A DNA stretch of 63,658 nucleotides, the filler included, from Platydemus manokwari (lineage: Eukaryota): the NCBI GenBank assembly GCA_037951405.1. It is 5 parts of 5 records of this genome, joined end to end, with 100 filler letters (N's around TTAATTAATTAA, not from the genome) between each part and the next. Parts side by side here need not be neighbours in the genome. Positions count along the whole stretch, not along the records: positions 1 to 10,436 come from JBBMOY011133995.1; positions 10,537 to 29,422 come from JBBMOY010188894.1; 3 more parts are not named here. One strand, written 5' to 3'. The notes beneath the pieces were generated by a model. That model made no database searches, was not told where the DNA came from, and saw nothing but the letters and a program-made list of their open reading frames with translations. Made by a program: the position numbers and the translations under genes. Shown piece by piece: positions 1 through 13,670 of the stretch (positions are counted from its first letter, which is position 1; every line of letters begins with the position of its first letter).

Positions 1-63
<63 letters not shown>

Positions 64-77
64 GTAATAATAATAAT
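1..77. repeat. (AAT)n microsatellite
   Basis: Near-perfect ataata... run at the window start. Confidence 0.95.
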
Positions 78-2779
78 GTGTTAATCATTTGTTGAGAAGT
101 TCAGATAAATGTCAAAAAATGGCATCAATGATATTATTTGTCATACTCAGAAAGCTTCAAAAAAATTCATAAATCTATATTACCATAGATTAGGAGCTCG
201 GAATTGAAAAGAAAATCGATTATGAACTAAACGAGATCCAATAATATGAAAATTTATCACATTGTTTATCGTTTCTCAGGTTTTACATCACCAACTTGGT
301 TTAACCGAATGAATTGAAAAGTATACTAAATATAGAGCTCAAAATTGTAATTTTTGCACTGAAATGTGCCTATATTGTGGTAGTGTATCAGCTAAGTCTC
401 AGATAGAAACATTATCAATGAAAATTCAAATAAAATACGGAGAACAGTCTCATTATATACACAAAAGAGAAGGAAAAAACCCTGGAAACATAGAGGACAA
501 ACAATATTAAGAAAGTATGTATCAAAAGAGTAAAATGAAAAAGATAGTGAGAAATATGGGGGAAAGAAAGCAAATTGGCAAAAAATAATAAATATATAAA
601 TAACAGTTAATTTATAAAAGAAATGTTGAGGAGAATATAGAAGAAATTAAATGCGGAATAATCGGAACGTAGATTAATATGCTCATCTTTCAAATAAATT
701 GATAAAATATCTCTCAAATTAATCCAATCAACTCGCAGGACAAGAAAATTGACTGTTTCTGACTTTTATCTAACTCACCAACAAATTATTAATTTTTCCA
801 TTTTCTGATTATATTGAAAATTCATTGTTGTTCGTCATAATTTATTAATAAAAATTTCACGCGTGATTGATCAAAAAAATTACAATCGATAATATATATT
901 TAATATAATATAACTGGGCGTGTAATTCCCCAATAAACCAACTGGAAAAGCAAGGATTTCCAAAATCAATTGTTGGTTACAGAAAATTGCGAATACTGAC
1001 TGTAAAGGAAATCGGGACTAGGGTAATTATGAATTGAGAAAATAGTGAAATCTCTTTTTATAAAGAAATTTATTGATGATTCTTTGAGAAAATATATGGT
1101 GATATAATCAAATTGTTAGAAGATCCGTATCTCGTGAATAGACACTTAAAATCTTTATAAAACAACAATTGAATCTTAACGGGCACTAATGATTTTACTT
1201 TATTTATCTTTTTTGGTAAGAAATTATCGAGTTAACTTTGCAAATCAGCTGTGTAATCCTCAGTTATTATTAAAATTGGATAAAATTTTCGTACATATAA
1301 TTATTTAGAAGGACAATACACATACAAAACCATACATCGATGTTTGATTCAATATATCACATACTAATGTGTAATGCAGGAAGAGTCTCACAAACATCAC
1401 AAACAATTAAGGTGACTTATATTTATATATAATATTACCATTCAAATTAATTTTATTTTATTATTTATTATATTTTCTCTTCTGAAGATTAATCAAAACT
1501 TGTTAAGAAATCCGTATTAAAGCTTTTTCCATACATTAAAGAAAATTCAATTCTATTATCAAAAGATTTTCACTGATTAACAATTACACGAAAAAATAGA
1601 ATAAATAAAAATATTCTCATTTATCTTTATCAGTTTCCTTGGGAGAAATGTCAATTATAATTAGCCTTTACTATTTTCCACCAGCTTCTTCTACTGTTCA
1701 TGTTTACATTCGATAGCTGACTGTATTTCAATGTTCCTATTTTGTTTGGAAAATTTTTTTTACTGATTAATAAAACTAAAATGAAAGATTTTTCTAATTA
1801 TTTATAATAAATTAAATATTATTTGATAATATTAGCAGTATTAAATCGATTTTATGCTAAAAGTACTTCATTGTATTCAAATACAAGCGTATATTTTTGT
1901 AATTATTTGTAGAGCACTACTAAAGGATAATGATAAACATAATCATGAAATCCTAACATAAGCCGTATAGAAACCCAAATGAAGAGATTCACACTTTTAA
2001 AACAATCAACAATTCATAATAAATTTTAATGGTCACATTCTAAAATTCCTTATTCATATGATAATATTTATTGACAAAGTATTCTTTAAACTAAATCAAA
2101 CCCAAACAATATACAATTAAATAATAATTCCTATAATAATTTCCATTTCAACAACAAAAATGTTCTATTAAACTGTTGTATCGAAATTTATAAATATGAT
2201 ATAAACGATTATTTGATATTAATGAGACTTTGTAGTGTGTATAATTATTTTTTGAAGCATAAAAAGGTAACAGAAATTTTGTTGGTTTTTTAATATCAGT
2301 AAAATTATTTGTCCTTATTAAGATTTCAGTATATATTAAAATAATAGCCTTGGATGACCTATTACATTCAAAGTCAGGAAATAAAATAATTGTTATTAAC
2401 TAAGTACACTAAATGTACATGATGATTTTTAAAAAGTAAATGTAAAAGATTTTACATATTTATTTGTTTAAATGTTAGTAATCAAATATAATATCGTGCC
2501 CTGACTCTTCAGTTCGGTTTCAATGTGTGCTTTATTAAATGGGAGGGGCTTAAATATGGATTCTGAGAAAATAAATGATATGGGAGTATAGAAGAGAAAG
2601 AGTAAGATAAAAAAAAGATGTAGCAAAGTTGTATAGTAACTATAGAAAAGAAAAAGTGAAGATATAAAAAATATAAATTTGTATGCAAATTTTTATTTGG
2701 AGAATACGACACAAAGATAATTATGAATTACAGATAACTTTTTAAATCAAACCTTTTATGAAATATTAATTTGTTTAAA

Positions 2780-3680
2780 TGACTGTAACCAACGTAATGC
2801 TGTGATTCGATGTTTTTCACCTGTAATTACGCCTTATTTATAATGATAATTACATTGTCATTGTTGTCAACTTTTCAAGAAAGATTTCTCGTTATGATTT
2901 CTACAAATCTAATATTTTTTATGGTGATTGATTGCAACTGTTTCATAAGATTAAGCAAATTGGAATTATTTCATATGGTGTCATTCATTATAATGATAAA
3001 GCTTATTAGCTGGCTTCGCTAAGCCATTTAATTAACTTCCAACTTGTTAATAGAGATGTTATAACATGTTGCCATAACAACAGAAAAAAAGGAAAATTAG
3101 TTTCAATTATTATTAAAGAGCCCTTTGTGAATCACAATACAAATACAAAGATATAAAAACCAACCAGTACCTTTTAAAATATACTGAAAATCTGAATAAA
3201 GATCGGAAAAAATCTTTTCATGGAAATAGTGAAATGTATCAAAATCACTCTTCTTATTTTCATCCAGATATTTATTTTCATAAATAAACATTTCCATGTG
3301 CCGATATTTTGATATATCACAGTCGGCAACAACCAAAATGGAATCTGTTTTTGCCGAAATATCATTGATGACCTATTCAACTTACTAATTAGAGATGAAT
3401 AACAAGATAGAAATAAGAATCACTTCCGAAATATACTGAAATTGCATATCTTCATTACCGTAATACTTTGAAAATGTACCAATTTCCTCTCTTGTTTCTT
3501 TCAACAAAATATCAATATTTTTCCTCAAATTAGGAAGTGTTTTCTGAAGGACAAAAATGCTATTCGTTTATAGGCATTAGTCGTTTAAAGTTATTTTTAA
3601 TTATTTTATTAAATTTTTATTTTTTTATTTTTATTTTCTACATTTCCATTGTTAAATATGACAATTTCAATGATTCACTT

Positions 3681-3754
<74 letters not shown>

Positions 3755-4470
3755 AAATAATAATATTTATGATAATGAAAATAACAATAATGATATAATA
3801 ATTGTGATAATAATTATAATAATTATTATTATGATAAAAATAATAATGATAATAACATTGATAATAATAATAATGTTTATAACTATTACTTCTAATATTA
3901 TCAACCCTATATCTTTCATGCAACATTATATTCATTCTTTCTATAATGGATAAACAAAAACCTATTTTTATTAAACACTGACTTAATTAAAGATATTTTG
4001 TTTCTAGTAAAACTCATCAAATTTTGTTTCTTTTTGTATATCTCTGTGTTTTTATCTTTCACCAAAGTTGAAATTTTTTCCCATACCATTGCGAGTATGG
4101 ATTGAAAGAGATATTTGTTGTTATCGAAAAAAAAACGAAAAACATTAATTTTTGATTTCTGTCTGACAAGGAAGATTGAAAACATTTCGAAAAAACATCA
4201 TTGAATATCAAAAACCCCATCACAATAAAACATTTCTTCTCGGATACATGATGTTGGAAAAATTTGTGTGATATGAAAGTTTTAATTGATTTAATGATGG
4301 CATGGCGTGTTTATTTCGATTTCAATTACGCAATTTGTCAATTTCTGCAAAGTTCAAATAAAATTTTAAAATTATTGCTCGATGTTGAAATGAGATTTCG
4401 AATCAGCTGCTTAATTAAGATTGTTCAGAATTGAATGAATGTGATTGACGAATCTTCACATCAAGGATCT
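2780..4470 (-). pseudogene. Probable dynamin-family pseudogene fragments (end of GTPase domain and middle domain)
   Basis: Minus-strand pieces in dynamin order: FFDNNKY..IHTRNG (frameshifted, ~4140-4085; cf. FFLSHPSYRHLADRMG), LQKTLPNLRKNIDILLKETREKLVHF (~3550-3470; cf. HIRDTLPGLRNKLQSQL), KIFSDLYSDFQYILKGT (~3215-3165), TIKNIR (~2925-2905). Stops and frameshifts lie between the pieces. Confidence 0.4.
3682..3900. repeat. Degenerate (AAT)n microsatellite
   Basis: aataat/gataat array; source of the poly-N and poly-I ORFs. Confidence 0.9.
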
Positions 4471-4510
4471 TAAATACCAAATGAATTAAAGCTTGTACTT
4501 ATTATAATTA

Positions 4511-4645
4511 NNNNNNNNNNNNNNNNNNNNNNNNNNNNNNNNNNNNNNNNNNNNNNNNNNNNNNNNNNNNNNNNNNNNNNNNNNNNNNNNNNNNNNNNNN
4601 NNNNNNNNNNNNNNNNNNNNNNNNNNNNNNNNNNNNNNNNNNNNN
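4511..4645. other. Assembly gap (135 N)
   Basis: N run. Confidence 0.99.
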
Positions 4646-6199
4646 ATTTTTATTATTATTACTATTATGTTGTTATTATTATTGTTATTGTTAGGTAAAT
4701 GACAAAATCAACCAAAAGGGTTTTAAGGAACCAAGGTAATAACCATAAAAATGTCGGCACACATACAGATCCGATGAACACGTGCTGTAAGTCAATCAGA
4801 CTCGTTTTAATATTAATCCGTGGTTCGAAGTTAAGATTCGACAAGCACATACCTACAAATGGCAGTAAACTCAAATATCCGCCAATGGCATAAGAAATAC
4901 GAGGAAGCAGACCGATCTAAGAACGAATTCCGCAAATGAAAGACGAATATCCGTGACATCAGGCAGAAACACCCAATAGGTCGATAAAAAATAAGGTTGA
5001 GTTCTATGAGTTGTTTGGCGTATTAATTTTAATTTTACGTGATTTTCAGCAACCAGTCATTTTGGTTGTTTTCTATTCTGTCTTTGACTTTTGGGTGCTG
5101 ATCCTATCTTATGTGATTGACTATCTTTGACTTGTATAAAGGTTCGGCTGTATTTATATTAATCGAACTTGTGATATTTTAATAATATAATACAACTCAC
5201 ATCCATTTTTCTTCAAAATCTTTGACTTTCTTTGAATTTTTAATTAAATCCATATCAAATTCTCTAGAGATTTTTATATATAAAAATTATATTTCTTCTC
5301 AACCTTATATAATTTCTAAATATTCTTTATATATTCACATTTTCCTCTGTATATTCTATACAACTTCGATATATCTTCTTTACATCCTTTCTATATCTTC
5401 CTTTCATTCTTCTATACTTCCATACCATAGACACTCTCAGAATCGAAACCAATTATTATAACTATCATTACCATTATGAAAACTAAATCGTTTCTCACAA
5501 CAAATTGTTGAGTTTATGAACCAATTATATTATAAACTTTAGAATGTTAGTAAATCACTTAAGTCCTGTATTCACAGATAAAAACAGATAGAAACACGAC
5601 TTTCCTCAATTGTTAAAGGTCCTAAATTATAATCGATATATCAATAGGAAATAAATCCATTTCACTGATAGCCTTACAAACCTAAGTTAATCAAACAATT
5701 TGATTTCCAACGTTTTTAACAGTCGTCTAGAAATCCGGTTGGCAAATCACCCATTGATAAATGAATATGAAAATCAATGTTTTTTTTATTAAATCCACTG
5801 ATTTGAATTTCGTGTTTTTGGTCTACAATTTAAATGACACATATTAGATGCCGAATATGATTTTTATTATCATTAGATAATTTCCATCTATTTTTAACAG
5901 CAATTAATTTTCTGGAAAAAAACCCAGCGATATAGAATCAAATAAATTATGACTTGTGTTCTATTATTTATTTATATTATCTGTCATAATGACCACTTCT
6001 ATGTCACGGAGTAATAGAGATGAATTAATTATTAGTCTAATAATTCCAATCAAGGTAATTGATTAATTAATTGTTGATGGATTAAATTCGGAAAATATAT
6101 TTACATTGTAATGGTTAACAATGGACTTTACATTATTCCCATTCATTTTAGACTGAATTAGCTTGTGTAGTATTATTAACCGAGTTCGGATGTATAAAT

Positions 6200-7900
6200 A
6201 TATTTCCAGACTACAATTATCCAAATGAAGAGATTATAAATAAATTTATTCAAGATTTTGTTTCACAATGATTTATTCATATTGGATGTGCTGATATAGA
6301 TCAGAACAGAAAATAATATTTAAAATTTTATTGGAATTATAAAGTTATAAATGCCAAAAAACAACAACGATACAAGTTAACGATGCTGAGGATTAAAATT
6401 AAAAATTCATAAAAATGAGTTGAATAACGAAATAAGTTTGAGAATTGGCCACCAATTATTTTAATGGATTGACCATGAAAATATTCCAAATAGATAATGA
6501 AATAAAAATATAGATAATAACTTTCAATGTCTTAGAATAAAGCCAAGCAATGATAGTAACAAGAAGACAACTCAACGCCATAGTTTAATTTATCGAAATA
6601 ACTAATTCTGAATATTCAAATCAACATCTCAGATATTATCTAATCTCGGGTCCATCAACAATAGATAGTAAATTTTTGGTTCTCGTTTTAAACTCTCCAA
6701 ATGAAGTTAAATCAACAACTATTTGTAGGAAAGAATAGAAATCTTGTCGTGGTATCAAAATTTCATGTGTTAAATTAGAATAAAACCTGCTTATTATAGA
6801 AGTATCGCATTTATAAAATTTTTGATCAAGGTTTCGAGACTTGTTCGATCAACAATTAATGTTCTGAATATTATCAACCAATTTCTAACTTCATGCATGA
6901 AATAAGTCTTCATTGGTGTATCTAATTAATTTCTGCAAATGTGATTCTGGTAAAAATTCGTTTCTTTCCCAAGTCAGTATAATTAACATTGATAAATCGA
7001 GTTTTGGGCTTGAAGACCTTGGCATCTTAGTTTTGCTTTAAACTACTCTCATTTTTCCTTTACTATCTATTTGGCATAAAATATCTTTAATGATTTCTAA
7101 TCCTGATTTGATATCCACTGTCAATGCAGCTGACAACTCCACCCTTAGTTTATGAAATATTTCATCGCACTGTTTGGTTTATTCAATTTATTTCTTATTT
7201 TTTTAAAGTCATAGATTTCATGTAAGCAGTGATTATTGCATCTGGTTTCATTGGTTCTTTATCTTTTCATAGTTAGTTTCTATGATTTCTGAATTAATTG
7301 TGACATCCAAGAAATTTAACTTCTTTCTGTTACATGCGCACTTTCTGCTTTGATTTCAAGTCCAAAAAATTTAATCATCTTGAAAATTTGGGTGGGTCTT
7401 GTATGATGTTCACCAAATGTTTTTCCATAATTCAATATGTCGTCTAGACAATTAAAAACACCTTTATAATCACAATCGCTTAATTAATGTATTCCTTAAC
7501 CTTTGAAACGTTGATGGAGCAGTACAAAGAAGTATTATTCCATTAGTGTATTGAAAGCCGTTTTAGCTTTGAATCTTCCTCAAGTTCCATTTGGTAACGC
7601 ACTTTAATCATTCAATGATCCTATTCTAGAATTTCTGGTACCAGAAATGTAATTTTCTTAATAATTTATCCCTATTTGGAGAAAATTCCATGGGCTCCTG
7701 CTCGGGATTATGATACTATTTTCTTTAAGTTTGTTCTATAGATTTATTGACTGCATTCTGGATGTTTGTTCAATTGGCTCACCTTTAGCTTGTATCTCTT
7801 GCTTTATCAATCTTGTAACTCTTAAACGAACCGGAAAGCCATAAAAATTGAATCATATTCTTGAAAACATTCTCTCAATGAAATGCCTTTTCTATCGAAT
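6200..7900 (-). mobile_element. Degenerate Ty3/Gypsy LTR retrotransposon pol (RT, probably RNase H/integrase)
   Basis: Minus strand ~7600-7300 reads YQMELEEDSK.KTAF, TAPSTFQR, GVFNCLDDILNYGKTFGEH (YxDD-like) and EVKFLG, with frameshifts. Boundaries approximate. Confidence 0.75.
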
Positions 7901-9499
7901 ATTATGATTTGATCTAATAGCTATAAAATCATATTTTCTCTTTGATATTTAAAAATAAAAATGAGGATGAAAATTAATTAAGAAACATAAATTCCATTAC
8001 AATCTTGGTTCTGTTTACATGATGCGAGTGTGCCTGAATAATTTTAAACGCTCTCATCAAGTGGAGAGATTTATCATTACAATCTGAACCATATGACCCA
8101 ACAACCATGCAATTTATTCTGTAATGTTTTTCCTTCCACTGAAAAGATATGAAACATCACATTATTTGAGCTGGTCGCATTACTAGCGCTATTGTGTTTG
8201 TAATCCAGAAGTAGTAATGACAGTATCTGTTAAGGAGATAAGTTGTGCTACTAGACGTATATTATGAGCTGATAATTATTCAGAAGAAGTGTTAGGACTT
8301 AGTTAACATTTATAACTTTTATATTCAATTCGTTATTGATGTCGTAGCCAATCAGTTACATTCAAAACATAATGCATGAAGTATGGTATTTTCAGAGTTT
8401 GATTTATAAGACTGATAATATGAAATACTCAAAAATTAATACATGAAATTCAACGAAGACTAAATACTGTACTGTTTTTGTTTAATAATACGATTGATGG
8501 CATTTATTGTGTTTTTATATTTACGATAGCTGGTGTGCAACTGCAATTATCTGAACTTCATATACTTCAATAGATGAAAGGTGTTATATGTTGCTAAAGG
8601 AACGTTTGATGTGATAAATGCAGAATCTTGATGTATTCTAAATTTATTCACAGAAAATAAACACAAATATCTTACTTATCTTTTCAATATCTTTATGCTA
8701 AAAGTTTTGTTAATACGTTACAAATCGTGTTTTGCGATCTATCCAAAGAGATAATAAATAGCAGCTATTATTATTATTTCAAGCGTGATAAAGAATAAAA
8801 TATTAAAAATAAAAAGCAACAGTTTAAAATTATAAGGAAAACTTAAACATGAAAACTATAATTTTTATAAATTTATCTTATATATTGTGAGGTTTATTTA
8901 TTTACATATTTATAATTATAAAAAGTTAAATTAAAAGATATTTTAAAAAATTATATTAAAAATAAATATACGATATTGATAATTAAAAAATGATCTTGTT
9001 TAAAAAATTAATGTTCAATTCAAAAAAATTTATTAAATTTATCATTGAAAGTAATTTTAAATGAGAAATTAAAATGTAATATAAAAATGTTAGCATTTTT
9101 ATTTATTAAAAAGAAGATAAATAAATCAAATGTAAATAAATTTTAAATATTTTAAAATATATTTTAAAATGGATGTATTATAAATTGATATTATTTGTTT
9201 TGTTGAAAACATATATTATGATTTGAATATTAAAAAGTTTCAGTAACTAAAATATGTAATTTACTACTTATTACACTTTGTGAGTTATATAATAATAGAA
9301 ATAAATGATAGTTCTTAGAACCATTTTTAATATTATATCTTTAATTCTTTGTTAGAATAAAAGAACCCATTTTAGACATCAGGTCTTTTCAATTTATCTT
9401 AATCGCTTTTTATAAATTCCATCTCTAATAGACAAAAAATGATATAAACTCAGATATTTAACAAGCGAAACACAGACAGAACTTTTAAAATTAAAATCC

Positions 9500-9800
9500 T
9501 CAATACGACAGCAATTATAAAATAGCAATTTATTTTACTTGAATTCATATTTTCAATCCACTTAAAAATAAAAAGAAAATCAAAAATAATTGCTTCAAAA
9601 TCCACAGCTTCATATAATAGGGAATCCTCACAGAAAATGTCCATAATAAATCCATAACTGACTCAATGAATTTTAACAGTCACTTTTTGATATTTCCACT
9701 AACGATACGCATCATTTAAACTTAAAAGCGAAATCAATTCGTGATCTAAAAGTTTTATTGTACATTCAACCCATTGAAGTTGTGCGTTGTACATCTGCAT
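9500..9800 (-). mobile_element. Possible hAT transposase C-terminal remnant
   Basis: EDSLLYEAVDFEAIIFDF resembles the tail of the hAT dimerisation domain; weak. Confidence 0.25.
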
Positions 9801-10436
9801 TCAAATAAAACAATTAAATAATAAACGATGTGGTTCTCTTAGGAAATCATCAAACTGAATAAAAAACTGGATTGCACGAATTAAACCCAATCATGATTGT
9901 AATCAAACATTTCTTGAAAATTATTTTTCTTTTATTTGAATTTGAAAATAACTAATATCTTTTTACAAATCGTGAAATCATTGACTTGCTGTTTTTGACC
10001 AAAAAATTAATAAACGCTAAATTCTCGGTTAAGAATTTTTGTAAGTAGTAATTTATTTATTAGTTTAATAGGGGGCTTTGTTGGGTGTGCCTAATAATCT
10101 GATTTTAAAAAACAATAAGTTGATCGCTAAGTTATATTTTATATCACAATGTGCATATCTATGATAATGAATTAATTTTTTCACGAATGCCAAGTCCTTG
10201 AATAAGATCTGTCAAATGAACAAGAAAAGCGAATCAAGCCCGTTCACAGGATTAAGGATATATACTCCTCATCTTACTACGACGTTAGTAAATACTTCGC
10301 AATAAATTTTAAAAATGCCATCTTTTACAAAATAATTTTAGATTAGTAAATACTTTTACGAATTGGTTCTATGAAATTCAATTCTTATTAATTTATTTAA
10401 GCTATCAGTCTTCTATTAATTTATTTTTGTTCATAT

Positions 10437-10536
10437 NNNNNNNNNNNNNNNNNNNNNNNNNNNNNNNNNNNNNNNNNNNNTTAATTAATTAANNNNNNNN
10501 NNNNNNNNNNNNNNNNNNNNNNNNNNNNNNNNNNNN
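10437..10536. other. Scaffold linker N44-TTAATTAATTAA-N44
   Basis: Exactly 100 nt; the 12-mer at 10481-10492 puts a stop in all six frames. Confidence 0.97.
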
Positions 10537-10609
10537 TGTTTAAATGATTTGGTAAAACAAAAACTTTAAACAACTAAAAAACATGAATAACTTTTGACTC
10601 AGCCTAATA
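10537..10609 (-). mobile_element. Terminal segment of a young Tc1/mariner-like element
   Basis: Reverse complement starts TA-TTAGGCTGAGTCAAAAGTT, a mariner-type TIR at a TA. 74 nt are identical to 29523-29596. Confidence 0.65.
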
Positions 10610-13420
10610 TATGTTAAAAATATGTTATTCTACAAATGAATACAATAACATCAGATTCAGATTAAACATTGAAATTAGAAAGAGATGTAATTAATGAAGA
10701 TCAATTATTAGAATCAAAGATATTACTCAGAAAATAGATTATGATTTATTAAAGATTAAAGGCAGTGGTTGGAATATATTTGAATTAGGATAAATGTGTT
10801 ATCCGGAAATAATTATATACCTTTACCCTCTAACAGTTTTGTAAATGTAAAAAATTACGATACCAAATATTTCTCGTATTCAATACTAGCTCATTTAAAT
10901 CCAGTTGATGGAAAAGAACGCCCAAATAGACACGTTCATTATCCAGAACATTTTAACAAAATAAATATAGATGGAATAACATTTCCAGTGCCCATTAATG
11001 AAATTAAAAAATTTGAAAAGAACAATTATTTTAAAATAAATGTTTACGGTATTAGGGGAAACCGAAACCTACGTAAATATTATAGATTATTCTTAATCTA
11101 TATTTAAAAAAACAATATATTCAAGATATTAAACTTTGTATTTTAAAAAGATTGGTATATCTCATTATGCACTGATTAAAAGTTTCGGTCGATTAATGAG
11201 CGGAGAATTAAATTATAATCTAAAATAAAATGAAAAACTGAATATTTGCGATAAATGTTGTTCATATTTTGTAAAAGAAAGTAGTTTCATCAATCATCAA
11301 TAAGTATAAGGTAAAGATGGTAGGAATATAACAAGTGTAGTTGTGCCAAGTCAACAAAATAATATTTTTAAATTTAAAAACTATAACCATCACATTCCAA
11401 TTCCATTTATAATAGTAGCTGATAGAGAGTGTGCTAATATAGAAACCAATAAATTAAAAGGCAAAGCAGCAAGGGTTTTATGTAATCAAATACCTTCTTG
11501 TATTTCTCTAAAGTTAATTTTTAGATATCCAGATCTAATAGATAACAAATTATTTCAAGGAGAAAATTGTATAAAAGAATTCGTTCAATGGATAATAGAT
11601 AATGAAAGTAGATTTGAATTTAAATCAATGACAAAATTTGGAATTAATATTACCGGGGAACATGAAAATAATTTTAATATTTCAACGGATTGCATGCATT
11701 GTAAAAAGTAATTCATTGAATAAACAATAAAAGTTAGAGATCATGATCATCATCTCAAACAAAACAACTACAGAGGAGCTGCATGTGATAAATATAATTT
11801 ATTATCAAGGAAATCAAAAGATTTTTCCATTACATTTTATCTATTGATCAAAATATGATTTTCATTTGATAAAAAAGAATTTACAAAGAAATCTGAGAAA
11901 AATCTAAAAATACTACCATTAACAGAAGAAATTTCCATTTCCTTTAATTATGGGTGTATTAGATTTAAAGATTTACTAATGTTGTTTGTAAACTCTTTAA
12001 ATAAGATAATTAAATCTATTAAAACAGTGGAATTTATAGAATTAAAATAAGAATTCGGAGAAGATTTAGATTTAGGTTTAATGAAACAAAAAAGAATCTA
12101 TCCATATGGCTATATAACTTCATTGGAAATATTAAATAAAACTAAATTACCTCCAATAGAACGATTTTATTCTAAATTAAATTTAAGTGGAATAACATAA
12201 GAAAAATTTCAAAGAGCACAAACAATTTGGAATAAATTCAATAGTAAAACATTATGGCATTACACAATCATATATTTAAAGCAAGACGTAGATATCCTAG
12301 CAGGTGCTATTGAATCATTTTGAACTAATTATATATATGTATCAAAGAAATTTAGATCCAATCCACAATGTTTCTTCCCCATCTTTAACTTGGGAATCAG
12401 GATTAAAAGAAACCAATATAAACTTGGAATTATTTACAGATAAAACAATGTACGAGATGATTGAAGAAGGAATAAGAGGAGAAATATCATCAGTAATGGG
12501 TAAAAGATACTTTAAAGGTATTAATAAATATATTAATGATAATATAGATTGTTATTATTATCTTGAAGAACATGAAATTAACAGAATAATAGAAGACTTC
12601 AACAAATATGAAAAGGGCACTAATAAGATACGAATTGAATTTTTTGATTTAAGTAAATATTTTGACAAGAATTATTTAATGTATATTGATGCCAATGATT
12701 CATATGGATGAGCAATGAGCCAATCATTATCTTATGAAAATTTTAAATGACTTGTTTTAAAGGGTTAAATAAAACAAATAATAATTTAGAAGAATTTACT
12801 TCAATATTAAATCAATTACCACCTGATTCCTGAACAAGGATTAATTTTAGAAGTTGATCTTGAATATATAAACGAAAGTAAAAAAAACTAACAATGGATT
12901 TTTCTGTAGCTCCAGAAAAAAAAGGAAGTAAATTTTGAAATGTAAAGTGAGAATCAAAAATAACAAATAAAAAAAATCATTTATCAGAATTATTAATTTG
13001 TGACGAAACAGATAAAAGAAATTATGTTATCTATTATAGAAATCTTCGGTTTTATTTAAAAATGGGCATGAAAATAAAACGAATAAACCAAATATTATTG
13101 TTTAAATAAAAACCATATTCAATCAAATACAAATCTAAGAACCAAAGGAACAAGTTATTTTGAAAAGGATATCTGGAAATTAATGAATAAAAACAATTTT
13201 GGAAAAACAATGGAAAAATATTCGAAAATGAGAAAATATAAAATTATTGATTGATCCCATTAAATCTAAAAACAAAATACAAAACCAACTAATAAAAGAT
13301 TTACTAAATTTAGTGAGGAATTATTTGGAATATATATTATCAAAAGGAACAAGTAAAATTAAATAAGCCAATTTATTTACGATTTTACATTTTAGAATTA
13401 AGCAAAATATTAATATATTT
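10610..13420 (+). pseudogene. Protein-primed family B DNA polymerase (pPolB), frameshifted and truncated before motif C
   Basis: Motifs in order: KGSGW, NYIPLP, YSILAHLNP, FPVPINEIKKFEKNN, IIVADREC (Exo I), CMHC..VRDHDH..YRGAAC, KYDFHLI, YPYGY, LPPIERFYSKLN, LDPIH..SPSLTW, IRGEIS, YIDANDSYG*AMSQ (motif A), KLMN..FGKTME (motif B), KLNKPIY..ILELSK. No YxDTDS seen. Confidence 0.92.
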
Positions 13421-13670
13421 CTTTCTCAAAATTCTCTTTGATTTCGTTAACACATTTTTCGAGATATTTCTTATTTACAGCATCTGTTTCATGTTTTGGA
13501 TCACCCAAGTTTGTCATTCTATAATTGTTTAATTCTAAATAACCTCTCATACAATCACCTTCCTCATTAATATATTTTCTATCATAAATTCGTTCTTAAA
13601 CACTAATCATTTCTCGAACATCTCTCATATTATTTATTGAACTATTATCAAATTTATGAACTATAGACAT
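13410..13670 (-). pseudogene. Fibre/adhesin-neck-like viral ORF with one internal stop
   Basis: MSIVHKFDNSSINNMRDVREMISV*ERIYDRKYINEEGDCMRGYLELNNYRMTNLGDPKHETDAVNKKYLEKCVNEIKENFEK; matches the GDxMxGxLxxxxxRITNLxxPxxxxDAVNKKY pattern. Confidence 0.65.

Noticed and set aside
3537-3953. Poly-Asn/poly-Ile ORFs (also 41732-41992 and 59596-59820)
   Set aside because: Translations of AAT/ATT microsatellites.
4689-5194. TG...CA segment resembling a solo LTR
   Set aside because: No TSD, partner LTR, PBS or PPT identified.
10481-10492. Repeated TTAATTAATTAA as a biological motif or piggyBac target
   Set aside because: Always centred in exactly 44+44 Ns; it is a scaffolding linker.
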